Part shown: piece after piece, positions 15,901 to 30,900 of the stretch | How the letters are laid out: the number at the start of each line of letters is the position of its first letter | Position numbering within the stretch: the first letter of the stretch is position 1 | NCBI RefSeq assembly: GCF_036588685.1 | Contig: NC_086373.1 | Span: 109,864,001 to 109,928,000 of the forward strand | DNA length: 64,000 nucleotides | Reading direction: 5' to 3' | Source: Mytilus trossulus | Taxonomy: Eukaryota | Translations under genes and position numbers: made by a program | Notes under the pieces: model-generated | The model's database searches: none | The model's input: only the letters and a program-made list of their open reading frames with translations | What the model was told of the DNA's origin: nothing

Positions 15901-18900
15901 AAGAAACATTACAAAATAATAAATTTCATCTATCCTTTTGAAGTTATATATTTTTTTTTAAATAAGGATATTTTATGCTCAATTCAGAAATAGTTTACCT
16001 TAGCTGTATTTGGAAAAACACTTTCTGAAATTTAAGTCCGCCCCTTGAAATGTGCATAAATACATAATGACGATTTTAGTCTTAGAGAGGATTTTGTATT
16101 AGTTGCTACTGGTTTTGAAGTAGCTGTCAGTAACTATGAGTACTCTCAGATCTGAAGTATAAAAAAGAAGATGTGGTATGATTCCCAATGAGAAAACTGT
16201 CAATAAGAGACCAAAATTACACAGACATTAACAACTATAGGTCATCGTACGGCCTTCTACAATGAACAAAGCCCATACCGTATAGTCAGCTATGAAAGGC
16301 CCCTATATGACAATGTTAAACAATTCAAACAAGAGAACTAACGGCCTAATTAATATAAAAAAGTTAACGAAAAACAAATATGTAACACACAAACAAACGA
16401 CAACCACTTAATGACAGGCTCCTGAAGGTTAAGGGTCTTTTTGTAGTTGCTACGTTAACTCTGTGTTTTTGTAAAACATGTTTTAGGTTTTTATTTGATG
16501 AATCAATCCCTTTTTAACTGATTTTTATAGTTTGGTCTTTTGATGTACTGTTACTCTACTGGCTCATGTTAGGGGAGCTTTGGCGCCTTCAAAATAAATT
16601 AATCAAGACACAATCTGTATGTGCCCGTTCTTATTCAGTGGTTATCGTTTGTTGCTAATATTATATTTGTTTCTCGTTCATAATTGTGTATATAAATCAG
16701 GCCGTTATTTTTGTGAATTATTTTACGTTTGTCATTTTGAGCTATAGCTTTTGATTTCTGTGTCACTTGTGAAGAGTTGTCTGATTGGTAATTATACCAT
16801 ATCTTCTTATTTTCATATTCAAAGATTTTACAATTATACATTTGCTTTTGTACAGGGTGAATTTTGAGTTTTTTCACAAAGTGATCTTATCGTATACCCC
16901 TGTGTGGGAAAATCAAATACTTTCTTTTTTTATTATACTTTATACTTTTATCTTGTACTCGATGTAATACATGAATATCTGCTTTGCAGGATAAAAAATA
17001 CTGCAAATATGTAATGATACCTTCTTGTTATTTTTCAGTGTGTCAGTGTGCTAGTATCTGTGGTGACCTTGACAGCTATATCAGTTGAACGATACTTAGC
17101 TATCTGCCGACCATTGTCATTCCGAGGCTCCAGGTTCCGAACAGCCCTTGCTGTGCTGATAATATGGATACTTTCTCTAGTGTCCTCGTTTCCATATCTG
17201 GTGTTTATGACATTGATTCATGATGATTTAGTTCCTGAATCAATTGTATTGCTAACAAGTTGTGTATCATCCGATTTCAACCAAGAATACATATTCCAGA
17301 TATTTTTGATGGTAATATTTTTCCTGATCCCATTCCTCATAATGACATATACATACATTCGGATCGCTTTGTGTTTATGGAGAAGCAGTACATCAGGCTC
17401 TGTTGTTTTAAGTAAGTATGAATACTGTACTGAGAAACAAATTTATTAAACATAACTGAATCTGAAAAACAAATGACCAGTTAATAATCGACGTGAGTAG
17501 GTATTAGCTATACATAAGACGTAACACGTCAGAATGTACGACAAGGATGACATTGGTTAAACGTTGTCAAAACAGAAAAAAAAACATCAGAACAAGTTTC
17601 TTTAGCCGTATTTGGCACAACCTTTTGGAATTTTGAGTCCTAAACGCTCTTCAACTTTATACTTGTTTGGCTTTCTAACTAATTTGTTCTGAGCGTCACT
17701 GATGCGTCTTATATAGACTCATTAACTAATCATAGATACCCGGATTTAAATTTTGTCTGTCGTATCAAATTCTAAGCCTGGTACCTTTGGTAACTACTTA
17801 CAAAAGCTGTGTGAAAATGAATTAATTTATAGATTATATTGAAATCATGTGCTATTGGAATTCAACCATACATACGCGTATTCTTCATTTATTTTTACTA
17901 AAGTCAGTTTTTATAACTGCAATGGAACAATATCCTGTACTACATTGATTATCACCAGAAAATGAATTTGCGTCTAAGGACATTTTGTTCTAAACATACC
18001 TGTACAAGGTCAGGAATATCACAGTTGTTTTCTGTTTGTTTGATTTATTACATCTTTCGATTGGAACGTTTTGCAATTTCCTTAGAGTTTGGTATGTTTT
18101 GTTACTCTACTTTTTACCTCGTCATCGGTCCAAAAAAGAGAGTTATATTGTGTCATCTAAAAGTGTTATCTTTCTACCCTAATGTTTGAATTTACGTTTT
18201 AAAAGATTAATAAGGAATAGTTAAACTATGTATCTTCATTTTTATGTTCTGAATGCGTCTTGCAAACTTACCTTTATATATTATTTGACATAAGACTTTG
18301 TAACAAATTTTCTTATATACTTTTTAGGCATTTATTTTATCGAAGAGGGTATATTCCGTATTGCCGTGGTTATATATTGCACATGTCTTCCTTATCAAAA
18401 TAAAGCAACTGTAACAGTTTTGTTGATTTGTTAGAATAAAATTGGCTTCCATAGCGGAATTGATTTCGATGCAAGAGAAATGATATTAGTTATCTGTGAT
18501 AAACGAGAAAAGGGTGGGATTGTACCTATCGCAATAAAAAGACAATCGTTTTGATTTTAATTAATTATTGACAGGCTATAGATAATATTTGGCTAGAATC
18601 ATGGTGTTTTTCATTTCAACTTTTTATCTTCAGTACAATCGTTTGACAATATTTATTTTAATTAGAAAAAAATTAACCTGTCTTCAAGGTTGAAATCAGG
18701 AATATTTGTTTAAAGTATTAAGTGTGGAGAATTCAAATGTACGATTTAACGGGAAGACAGACTTAGATTGTCTGTAACAGGTTTAAGAAATCGTACTTTC
18801 TTAAAACTATGGTGAGGTTGGATTCTCTTTGACCCATTCCCCACGTTTCCTATCTTAAGTAGCGAGAAAAGTGTTTTTAAGCAGTAACTACAATAATATT

Positions 18901-21900
18901 TTATTATCAATTCCACGAAGGCATCCATTCTGTTTTATTTATTAACTAATATGAGTTAGCTACAGATAAATATTTCCGCAACAACGAAAATATAGAATTT
19001 AATAGCTATCAAGAGAAATCTTTCAATTATAAATTTGATACCATAAAGGGTTTTTGATGTCAAATAAAATTATCAAATAATAGAAATCAGTTTTTTTTTC
19101 CAAATACAGAAGTTTAAAGTCAATTAACTTCAGAGATTCGATCTTGGATAGTTCCAAACAGATTTGAAAATTCTCCAACAGATGGAGATTAATTGTTTGT
19201 ATTATTCCCTTTTGTGATAAAGTGAAATATAAGTTGTAATTATAAGAGAATGATATTAGAATTCATGCATTGTATAACTTTTAAATCTCAAACAGCTTGC
19301 TAAATACAGCGTTTCAGTGTGTAAACTCTTAAAAATAATGCATTCGATAAAGGCATTATTTTCCAAAATATTTGATAGAAAAGACTCCTCACCAAAACAA
19401 CAATAACATAATATTGAAACATGGATATAGGCAAATTATTTATGTTATACAATATTGGATAGTTCAAAAGTTATTAAGTCACACAGTAATCAAAACACAG
19501 TTTGATATATAAAATATTTATTTGCACAATATTATTATCGATCATGCATATGTGTGCAGCTCTTCATTTGTACTTAGAATGTTGCTTGTTTTTATGATTT
19601 TGTCAGCGACCGGTCTCGTTTTTTTGTTATGTATACACGAGTATTTTTATGCCATAGGCCAACATTTTTGTATAACAAACAAAATCAAGTGTCTACTTTT
19701 TGATCGGGTTGTTGTCTCTTATACATATTCCCTGTTTCATTTCTTACTTTTATGTTCCTTATTAACTTAAATAAACAAATTCATTTGTATAATTCATATA
19801 CTACATTGAAAAAGTTTTTCTCTGGACACTATGTCTTTAAAACAGGTAGTGGATTCCGAAATAAAAAGAGATGTTGGTACAAAAAAAGGCAACATAAGTA
19901 TACCACTGTTTAAAAGTCATAAATCGATTGAGAGAAAACAAATCCGGGTAACAATCTTATTAGTTCTCAAAGGTACCAGGATATAATTGAATACGTATAT
20001 AGACGAAACGCGTGTCTGGCGTACTAAATTATAATCCTGGTACCTTTGATAACTATTAATACGTCTACAGAAGACTTATCAGTGACGCTCAGATCAAAAT
20101 ATTATAAAACCAAACAAGTTCAAAGTCGAATAGCATTGAGGACCCAAATTTCTAAAATTTTGTCCCGAATACGGCTAAGGTAATCTATTCCTGGGATAAG
20201 AGAATCCTTAGTTTTTCGAAAAATTAAAAGTTTTGCAACAGGAATTTATAAAAATGACCAAATAATTGATATACATGTCAGCACTTCATACTGGGCCGGT
20301 GATACCCTCAGGGACGAAACATCAACCAGCAGTGACATCGACCCAGTGATGTACATAGTTATCAAAGGTACCATGACTATAATATAATTTTATAAGCCAG
20401 ACACGCGTTTCGTCTACATAAGACTTATCAGTGACGCTGAGATCAAAATAGTTATAACGCCAAACAAGTGCAAAGTTGAAGAGCATTCCAAACAGTTGTG
20501 CCAAATACGTCTAAGGTACTCTATTTCTGTTTTTTTTTTAAATATTCAACAGGAAATTTATAAAAATGACCAAATAATTAATATTCATGTCAACACCAAA
20601 GTGCTGACTACCGATGATACCCTGAGGGACGAAACGTCTACCAGCAGTGGCATCGACCCAGAAGTGTAAATAGTTATCAAAGGTAACAGGATTATTATTT
20701 AATGGGTCAGACCAGCGTTTCGTCTATATAAGACGCTCAGATCAAAAGGAATATATTGGAAAGCAGCATGTTCAAGATTACCTTCCACTTTTCCTGATTT
20801 GTGAACGATATTCACCTCTCTTAACTCAAACACATGAAAAGAATGGATAACAACTGTCACATTTGTTTAAAGTAGAAAATTTTGAACTCATGTCTATTCA
20901 TAACTTTTTAGTCCTCCAGAAACTCTATAAAAGTGTCTACAATGTTAAATGAGTATTAAAACTGTCTTAGTGTTGATCGTTTTTACCCTCTTGATACTAT
21001 GTTTTTATCTCGATCGTTAAACGGGCACTAGATAATATGTTTTCTGATTGTGTCTCGATTGCTTGATATCCTCTAGATTCTAATTTGTATTCTTCTATCG
21101 TTTACTGTCTACTTGATACAGTGTAACCTGCCTAATATGACACATGAGTACTACAACATTCTGCTTTCACCGACACTTTTTCATGGTCCTAATATATACC
21201 TATCCTCGCAGAAAAACCTTAGTATACTATTCTACTTGTCTCGATTGTTTTATTTCTTACAGAAACTATTGTTATGTATCACAATTGTTACATTTCTCCG
21301 TATTCTAATTTTTTGTTGTATTGATCGTTTAATGCCCTATAGTTACTTTATGTATGTTGTCTTATTCTTGAAATGTAATAATTTTTTCCCTATCTTTTTT
21401 CTCCTACGAACTTCTTTCTATCTGTATCTTGTTTTGGTCTTTTAGACTCCTATTGTTAATATTACTTTGTATTTCCCTATTGTATAGAGGGTACATCATA
21501 ACTATCTATGTCGGTCTTTTAAAGTCCTCTTGTTACTTTTGCTTTATATTTCTCTATTATATAAAGGGTTCATTATATTATCTGTTATAAAACAGGGTCA
21601 ATTTTTTTCGTGGCAGTTTAGCGATAGACATATTATGTAGACAATTGTTTTTGTTTTTGTGTTCTATTTTAAAGCCGTCTTTAGTGCAGTATACAATACA
21701 TCTGGCTTTATTCGTCTTGTTCTTGATTCGAATGCTAACACTGATGTTTACTTCACTACATTGTAAGATGATCCAAGTAGTAATAGTAAAGATAACTGTT
21801 AAAGACTAGAAAGGATGCATAAAGAAATAATAATTGTGGTATTGCTTCTGAGACTTTTGCCTTAGAAAAACTGGATTAGTTATTCTCATTTTCGACTCTC

Positions 21901-24900
21901 TTAAACAACATCAAGTATCTACAATCAAACGCCATCTTCCAGCTGTAAACCAGTACTGTGTAGTCATGTGAGTGAATCCAACGAAGTAGACTTGTTGTCT
22001 GATCTTACACCAATTACTAGTGCCAAATTCTCAACGGACAAACATAAAGTGATAGAGAAAGCCACCAGCGAGATTCTTCAATAAGATTCCTCAAATGTTT
22101 GTTACATAATGCACAGTTATAAGAGCAATTCATCAAATAACATGAAATCTTCCTTACATATGATGTTCCGTTTGGGGAAAATAATGACAGATTACTCTTT
22201 ATCTTAACTATATACATCATAAATGAATTATAATGTGTTTGTACGCGGTTACATAATTTTAAATGTTAGTTATTGTCATTTCAGATAGTAGATCGGAAGG
22301 AGCAACAATACAATCCAGAGCGAGAAAACGAACTGCCCGGATGTTGATAGTTGTAGTTATTGTGTTTTTTATTTGTTACATTCCGGTTTATTTGAGTAAT
22401 ATATTCAGGTAAGGCTATCATTAAAGAAGGGTCATGAATAGTCAACATTGGCCTGTAGAAAATAAAAAAAGATTTACACAGAAGAAAACATTTCAATCCT
22501 TGCTAAATACATTCCGCAGATTTCCATAGCATTTTAGGTATCACACCACCAATTACTCCCTCCAATTTAGAACGTATGTGAAAGTAGGCCTACTCGGACA
22601 AAACATAGTGTATTTGATGTCATTGTTTACTTAAACTAACCAACAAATTGGCAGAAATTAAACTTTTATATTAAGACCATTTTGAGTTTAAATTTACTTG
22701 TTTATGAGTTTGCATTCAAAATTTAGGATTCATGCACTCCATAGTATACTAATTGAAGAGTTCCAGAAAACAGGGGTTATTTGTAGTGGTACCTCTATTT
22801 AAAAGACCTCTTCTTCCTGATATGATTTTAAACATCTGTTGAAAGTTAGCATGTAGAAAGCTGATACATGTACAATTCAGGATATACCTGGTTTCTATGA
22901 AGTTAAACTAAGGAAAAATATTTAGAAAGCTATGAAAATTGCAAAATTTGGTTCAACAGATAGGGACTTTTAATTGGTGGTCTGACACCAATAGCACGTG
23001 GTTAAAGACCGTTGAGTTATAAACAAGTTATAAAAAGTGCCTATATATTTTGCGCTTGGATTTTTCGGAAATTGCGTTAGTAATGAATTCAGGTTACAAT
23101 TTACAACTGGATAATCATAATCAATATCGAACATATGCTAACATCTTCCGTTTGAAAATCTTCCGACAAAATAGTACTTTGTTACTGACATGATTTATAA
23201 CATATTTTTCTTAAACTCGTCGCTGTCAAGATTTTCAACGGGAAGTATCAGTAATCATCTCTCAATTTTGAATCTCTCTCTGGTTATTTTGTTAAAATAA
23301 CATAAATAACACCAAACAAAAACAAGCGTTGTATTTTGTAATATTGAAAATTGTCAAAAATACTGAACTCCAAGAAAATTTCAAAACGGAAAGTCCTTAA
23401 TCAAATGGCAAAATCAAAAACTCAAACACATCAAACTAATGTATAAAAACTGTCATATTTCTGTCTTGCTACAGACATTTTCTTATGTAGAAAATGATGG
23501 TGGATTAAGCCTGGTTTTATAGCTAGCTTAACCTCTCACTTGTATGTAATTTATTACATAAATCGAAAAAAAATATTTTAAACATATTTAAGACAAGTTA
23601 TTGCATCTTATATTACTCATTTTCTACTTTGCGGGTGCGAGTGCTGCCTTGTAGCGGCATTAGTCTGCTCTTTTTCGAAATCTATAAGGGTGTCTTTCAC
23701 GTGCAAGAGATAATGACTCTCTCTTAACGCGGGTCAGCTATTTATCGTCCCCTTCCAACGGACTGTCATCGTTTCCTCAAAACGAAAAAGTAATACTCAA
23801 AGGCAACGGCGGAAATACAACAAATACGTGCTTTTTAGACGGAAAATGATTTTTATTTTATTAAAAATTGTGATTCTGTGACTATAAACGAAAAATTCAA
23901 ATTCTATTGAAAAACGTTATGGGTAATAGTATAAACATGCATATCGTATTATTGAAATGTTTTGTTTATTTTGTCTTTTGTGTTGTCCAACGATTTCACT
24001 AGCTTTAATATGAGGATTGTATATATTTAGTTATTTCCCAAAGTTCTTTTGAAGTATTCTTGAAGGTACATTTTCCACAGTTAACCCATCAATTATGACA
24101 TCATGTGCGTGTTGAAAACAGTTCTGCTTGTTATAAACTGTTGACAAAGCCATCTTTATCAATATAGTCAGATAGCAAATAGAAATTATAGTTTATTCAA
24201 GTTCTCCTTAATGAATTATCAAATGAATTATCAAAAGAATAGATATAGTAAATATACGTTATTGATCACAAGAAAGGAAGTCGTCGACAAATAGTACTAA
24301 ATACTTTGTTTTAATATTTGTCGACAAACATTACTTAGCAATTTGTTTTAACTCAGATTAACATATATATGATAAAAGTGCGTGTAATATAAAAAAGTTT
24401 CCTTCAATATCGATATCACAGCTATAAGCAATGGATTGATTCACCACAGTGGAAAATGATTTATTCCGGATTTGTTGTCGCTTAATCAATGTATGACTAT
24501 TTAACAGCGATATATTACTATTGTCTTTATTCAATGCATAGTCATGACGAGAACAATTAAAAATAAGTACAGTATGCAGGGGCTGCACTGAGTAGTTGAC
24601 AAAATTGATAGGTGACAAATGTAGACTGCAACTGGATCATGAAGGTAAATCTACAGACCATTTACAAAATTTCATGGATTATTAACGTACATAGAGCATT
24701 GTATATAACGCTGTTCCCATTCTGACAAAACGTGGCAGCGTATCTTTACATTCCTTACAACATAGCAGACGCACCACTTTTACAAGTATTTAAATGCCGA
24801 TCGCAAAAAAGATCAATGGATGACCATGTTTGTATACTGCAGTTAATCATAAATTAAAAAAGTTGAATCAAGAACAAGAACTTAACCATATGTAAATACG

Positions 24901-27900
24901 TATTTATATAATTCACATCGGTCACTTCTATGTTCATCTTTGCTTTATGGCATACATTAAACTGTCTTTGATATTTAGGGAAAACTTATAAAGCAGAATT
25001 AACAAGCTCAAACATGCAATATTCGACGAAAACAAATTTATTCTAGTTTAAATACCTCCCGATAAGTTTTATAGTCAAGATGTATTCAAATATTTCCATT
25101 CCAATTCAGAACAAACATTATTATAAATGGGACCTATTAAGATGACAAATATGTGATTCTAATGCATTTTTGTTAATTTCAAATGTATTTAGTTTTCTGG
25201 AATAATTATTAGATATGTATAAAAGAAGATAACAATTTAAGTTTATAAAGTTATTATAATTTTAATTAGGCATCTTTACAGAAAGCAATAATAGGTTATA
25301 GATTGACTTTGTTATAATTGCCAAGTATGTTCAGGCTAATTTTAAACCGTTTTTTTGTTAAGGAGTTTGTTTGTTATATATATATAAATTAAAGCAACAT
25401 AAAATTATAGTGGTTATATAACATTGATAATATCGCATGAAAAACAAACTTCAAAGAAACAGAAGAATATATTAATAAATTAAAAACAAAACACACAAAG
25501 AATTTCATTGTAATAAATATTATAGCCTTTAGTTGTCGTATTTGCTCTCTAGAGCATGACTATATTTATTGCAGTCCTTTATTTTATTTCTCGCATGCTT
25601 ACAATCTAATTATATTTACAATTTGGTCAAGGAACAAATTGATGAAGTTTATGAATAAAACGATTTGATAATTTAGTAAATAAGTTATGAAGCAACATAT
25701 AGTAGTAAGATAAGATTGATCGTCTCGCATACAAAAACAAATTCTTAGAAAAAAAAAAGAATAAATATTACACCAATAATGCATAGGATGTAATATCGGC
25801 CCATTACTAACAGGAGAAAATGGCTAATTGAAGTTCCAACTTTGAGATTGATCGAGAAAACGTAGGCCATTCAGAAATCAATGCGGAAGGATTATTTAAC
25901 TTATTTTGACTAAAAAGAAGAAAAAAACACCGTTATTTGGTACAAACGTAAATGAGATAAAAACCCAACATCTAAAATTACCTGAAACTGAAAACAGAGT
26001 TTTTTGTTGATAAATTTTACACGGAAAAAGGCCATTTGGACAATTTATTAAGATGCTGTTATAATCTTCTAATTAAATAATTGCATGCCATTAATAGCTA
26101 TTTTCTAAAGTCATCGTTCATTGTATTTCATAAACATTGACATATTGTTCCTGTTTCTCTGTATGAATCTCAACAAAATACCAAATATTTTAGAAGCATT
26201 GCACTGATTTACAAATATCTATTTCCTTTAGAAAATTAACGTTTATTTTTAGAACAATTTGTCAATCATTGTTATTTAATTATTACTGCGATCGACGTCT
26301 TGTATGTTTCTGGTGTCGACTTTAACTGTAATCTTACCTACCACGAGAAATAAGCAGGCTTTGTTTTTATTTTATATCTTTCTTCTTACTGCTGCTAGAT
26401 TAATTTTTGTTTTCATATTTTACTTACAGGTCTGACAAGTCGTGCTAACACGAATCTTTCAATAAAACGATCTTAGCTTTCAACAGTCATTTTGCTTTTT
26501 CGGAAAACGCATATAATTTTATATACCAATGTAAGGTTACAACAGGTATAGACACAATATAATATGGTCGGGAAGATTAAAAGTATGATTAGAATAATTT
26601 GCATAATCTATAATCTAAACATTAAAAAAAATTGACATCTGAACTCTTAGGTTCTTAGAGTTCTTTGTTGTTTTGTGTTTAGGATTTCGAAGCTTGGCCT
26701 CAGCCATCAAAGCAGAGACATTATTTGTTAGAATGCGTTTTTCATGCAGAATATCAGTACCGTTCATGGTAAATTCAAAAAAGGTGGAGTCCAGAAAACC
26801 TAAAAAGGAAACGTTAGAAGAATGAAAGATGACTGTCAATTCCTAACCTGGCTTTTGTATTTGCTTTGATTTAATAATACTTGAACAAGATTAACAGACC
26901 ATAAATATATTAAGTAGCTGACCATTGGTTTACTTCGTAAGCTGACTTTTGAAATGATTAGATTTTTATTAATTGAAATTACACTAAACATTTTCAATGG
27001 CAGTTTTTTGTTTAATTAACTGTTAATGCGCTACAAAATGGTTTTCTTTTAATCTTACATCGTTAGAAAACTTTGCAAATGACTTCAGGATGGTTGCAAC
27101 CTTTCATGTATAGACTATAGAAAATAAACAGATATGACTTAAATAACGGAAAAAAACTATTGTGCCTTGCTTATGAAGATAAATCCAGAAAAACGTTTCG
27201 AACGTATGAAATAATCTAAGTTGTATTTGATTTTTATACAGAACTAGATTGATACCATTGCTTGTTTGGTCAATCTTGATTATTTCCACACAATACGTTT
27301 TTTTTCCAGCAGGTACACATTACCTTAAACTTATTTAGTACATCTGTTGGAATCTCTACTTTTAAATGCACCTCAGTTTCCTATTTGATTTGGCTTTACA
27401 GGTGTTTCGACTCGAGTTTAACTGAATCGTTTGTTCGTTGTGCGTATCAACATATAATTTTACCTTTCATGAGATTTTAATACACAAATAAAGTTTTGAT
27501 GGTGTAAAGGTAGCATTCGGAATACAAGAGCTTGTAGCTGCTACTCAGACTTTGTATGTTGATGAACCAGGCTTATGTCAAAGATCGTCCCGTTCTTTCT
27601 TTTTTTTTAAGTCCATTGAGATTCTTTGTTGGTTATTTACTTTGTCTTTATGCATTCTTGTTATTCTTTGTTGACATATTTGTTTGGTACTATATTGAAT
27701 GTTAGCCAATATTGGCTGCTACACCCCTAATTTGTGACAATTTTAACTGTTTAATTTGTTCACAAGTGGTTGTCAATATAATGAAAGTGTATGCGACTGT
27801 CATACCATAGGAGGTTAAGTTAGCTATGAAAAAAAATCAATCTATCATTTTCTATATCTGAAAATGCATGAACACATCAGGCATTTGGCAGGTGTTATAT

Positions 27901-30900
27901 ATTCATTTATTGTGTTTGAGCTTTTGATGTTGTTGGTATGTTTTTAACGACCAGTGACAAGTTTTCCGTTCAAATATTAAACACATTTTGAGAAGCTTAG
28001 GTTTCAACCCCTAACAAAATGTTGGATATCGAAGGATGCCTGAGTCTTCAAGGTCAAGGTAAATCCAGAAAAGTACATCAGACGCAGATAATTGATAAAG
28101 TATTTATATAAACATGAAACTAGCTTTGAACTTGACCGACACGCTAAGCAGAATAATTTTATATTATTAACTGATTTGCCCTTTTAAAAAAACACTTTTA
28201 ATGTAAAAATAAGTAGATAAGATTTGAAAGAAAGGCGTGTTAGATACATGGAGGTGATCAAAGATCTTTTCTATGCTTGATGATGTTATTGAAGCTTGGT
28301 ATTTGTACATTTTGAATATTTTTGTCTACCGAAAAAGTCATCTTTTACGCCTTGATATCGTTATATACCTAACACATATTATTTCTGTCATAGGGTTCTG
28401 TTTGATTGTTAATGTTACATTACTGAGGATAAAGGGCGGTCTGTGTTGAAATGAAATGTATGAAATCAGACGTTTTGTTGTATCTATTTCCAGAATGTTT
28501 AACAGAAACGTAAATTGCTATTGGTATCACTTAAACTGCTTTAACAGAATAGCATTCAGCTTATTGAAACAGACATAAAGCTTAAATGAAAATTAGACAA
28601 TGTAAGAGTAAGAACATTTTATAGATAAAAATAATAAACTTGATCATTTAAAAAACAATAATGATCATAATAGTTATGTGGATAAAAAAATAGATCAATT
28701 AATGAAATGACTACATAAATGTGACGGTAAACTATTAAAGATTTAAGACTGTTCTAGAATTATGAAAATAAAACAGCTTTTTTAATGTATAAGTTACAAA
28801 ACAAATCGGAATTATAATCCTGGTACCTTTGATAACTATTTACAAAACAAATCGGAAATCAGTAGTATTTAAATTCCTCCTTGTGAAAACTGGAATTCAA
28901 ATATCTAATTGTTGACATTGTAATATCCAGATGTGTATTAGGAAAGGATTTTGAACTTTATAAACTTCTACCAGGTTTTATAAAAATGAAATTAGAAGAT
29001 TGTACAAATGTTATGCGTCTTTCTTTTATTAACTCAATCAAACACTCACAAAGACGGAAAAAACTACTAATACATATAAACATACATATGAGTAGAAGGA
29101 ACACAAACTTATCGTCAAATCTATCTACACCGCCTAAGGCGGTTTGGGTGTTGTTTTTTTTTTTGTTTTTTTTGTTTTTTTTTTATCTTTTTCTAATTTT
29201 TTTAACTGGCAATTTACAAAATAAAGTGTGTAATGTGTCATGTCAGAATCCGGAACACTGATCACTGATGTGATGATATCAAGGACTTCAAGTTCACCAA
29301 CAGAAATATCCAACAATTCTATAGAAAAATTGAAATAAAACTTTATAAAATGTATGCTCTTGAAGTACTGTTATGGATTAATCTTTATTAGAAACGCTCA
29401 AAACCAAACAAAAAAAAAGACAATGTGTTTTAGTCGATTTTAGTCTCTGATGCATGATTTTTTACTATTAATTGGTTTTGGCTTTTAACTAGCTGTCAGT
29501 AACTGCGAGTACTCTCAAATCGTATTTTCTTGTTAATTCGACCTGTTGATACTGTTTATAATGCTTTTTTGTCATTTTCTATTTATATGGATCTTGGCTG
29601 TATACCAGCTTTGATTATTTGTAATATCTTCAATTTTTTACTTATTCTTACAACATTTGTATAAACTTCAAGATTATAAAAAACCGTTTTTTTTCTAAAG
29701 TGAACATTGATTGGTTAAATATTTCTCAGTGTGTTTGAATTTGTTTGATAGCCTTTTGGTCATGACTGTTTGTCTCTAATATTTAATTAACTGTGCATTT
29801 GTATTCAGATCAAATGTATTCGTTCTTTGTGTAATCATACGTTTTTTGATTGAGTTAAGTCTGCTAATTGATATTTTATGGTATGTTTTTATATGTTGTG
29901 ATGTTATGCTATTGTTTCAGAAAAAGGGAGAAGGTTTGGGCCCATTAAAACGTTTAATCCCGCTGCAAATGTTTGCACCTGTCCTATGTCAGGAATCTGA
30001 TGTACAGTAGTTGTCGTTTGTTTATGTAATATATACGTGTTTCTCGTTTCTCGTTTTGTTTATATAGATTAGACCGTTGGTTTTCCCGTTTGAATGGTTT
30101 TACACTAGTAATTTTGGGGCCCTTTATAGCTTGTTGTTCGGTGTGAGCCAAGGCTCCGTGTTGAAGGCCGTACTTTAACCTATAATGGTTTATTTTTTTA
30201 AATTGTTATTTGGATGGAGAGTTGTCTCATTGGCACTCACACCACATCTTCCTATATCTAAATATTTATAAGCACAGTAACACATGTAGAGCTGTTTGAC
30301 CAAAGGGACATACAACAGTAGCAACATACATATAAGATGCACGTGCTAAGAACCATCCTATATATATTACTATACTTGGAATTATGAAACTGGTAGTTGA
30401 TATCTGTGTAGTGTCCGTATATTCAAAATTAAAAGTTGTTGTACTAAAAATGCATACTTATCGGGATTAAAATTGCCATATTCATAAAATATTGATGCTA
30501 ATGCATGTGCTTATAATAGTCTCGCTTAGTTAACGTGAGGTTTGTTACTAATCATGCAATTCTGAAAAGAGCTGTAATTATTCTGTCGTTGCAGACATTA
30601 CCAACATAGATTTATTGTTTCTAACTTTTGCATATGAGTACATCGCACGAAGTTCTAGCCTAATTCAATTTTTGGTCTTAATTGAATTGTACTTTTCATA
30701 TTACACTAAAAAGTGTTAATACTGTTATTTTCTATGTATCAAGCTTAACATGGCTATTTACGCACCGACTGTCCTATTAAATATATCACGCACTTGTTCT
30801 CGACATTAATAAAAGTGAAGGTCGAGGATGTTTATGCAATAGGTTTATAGTTCACAAATTTCTTGATTTGTTTTGAGATAAAAAAAAATGTCCTTGTTTT

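Noticed and set aside
20890-21580. Pyrimidine-rich stretch with hints of periodicity and a 110-aa ORF
   Set aside because: No consistent unit could be defined by eye, and the ORF reflects base composition only.
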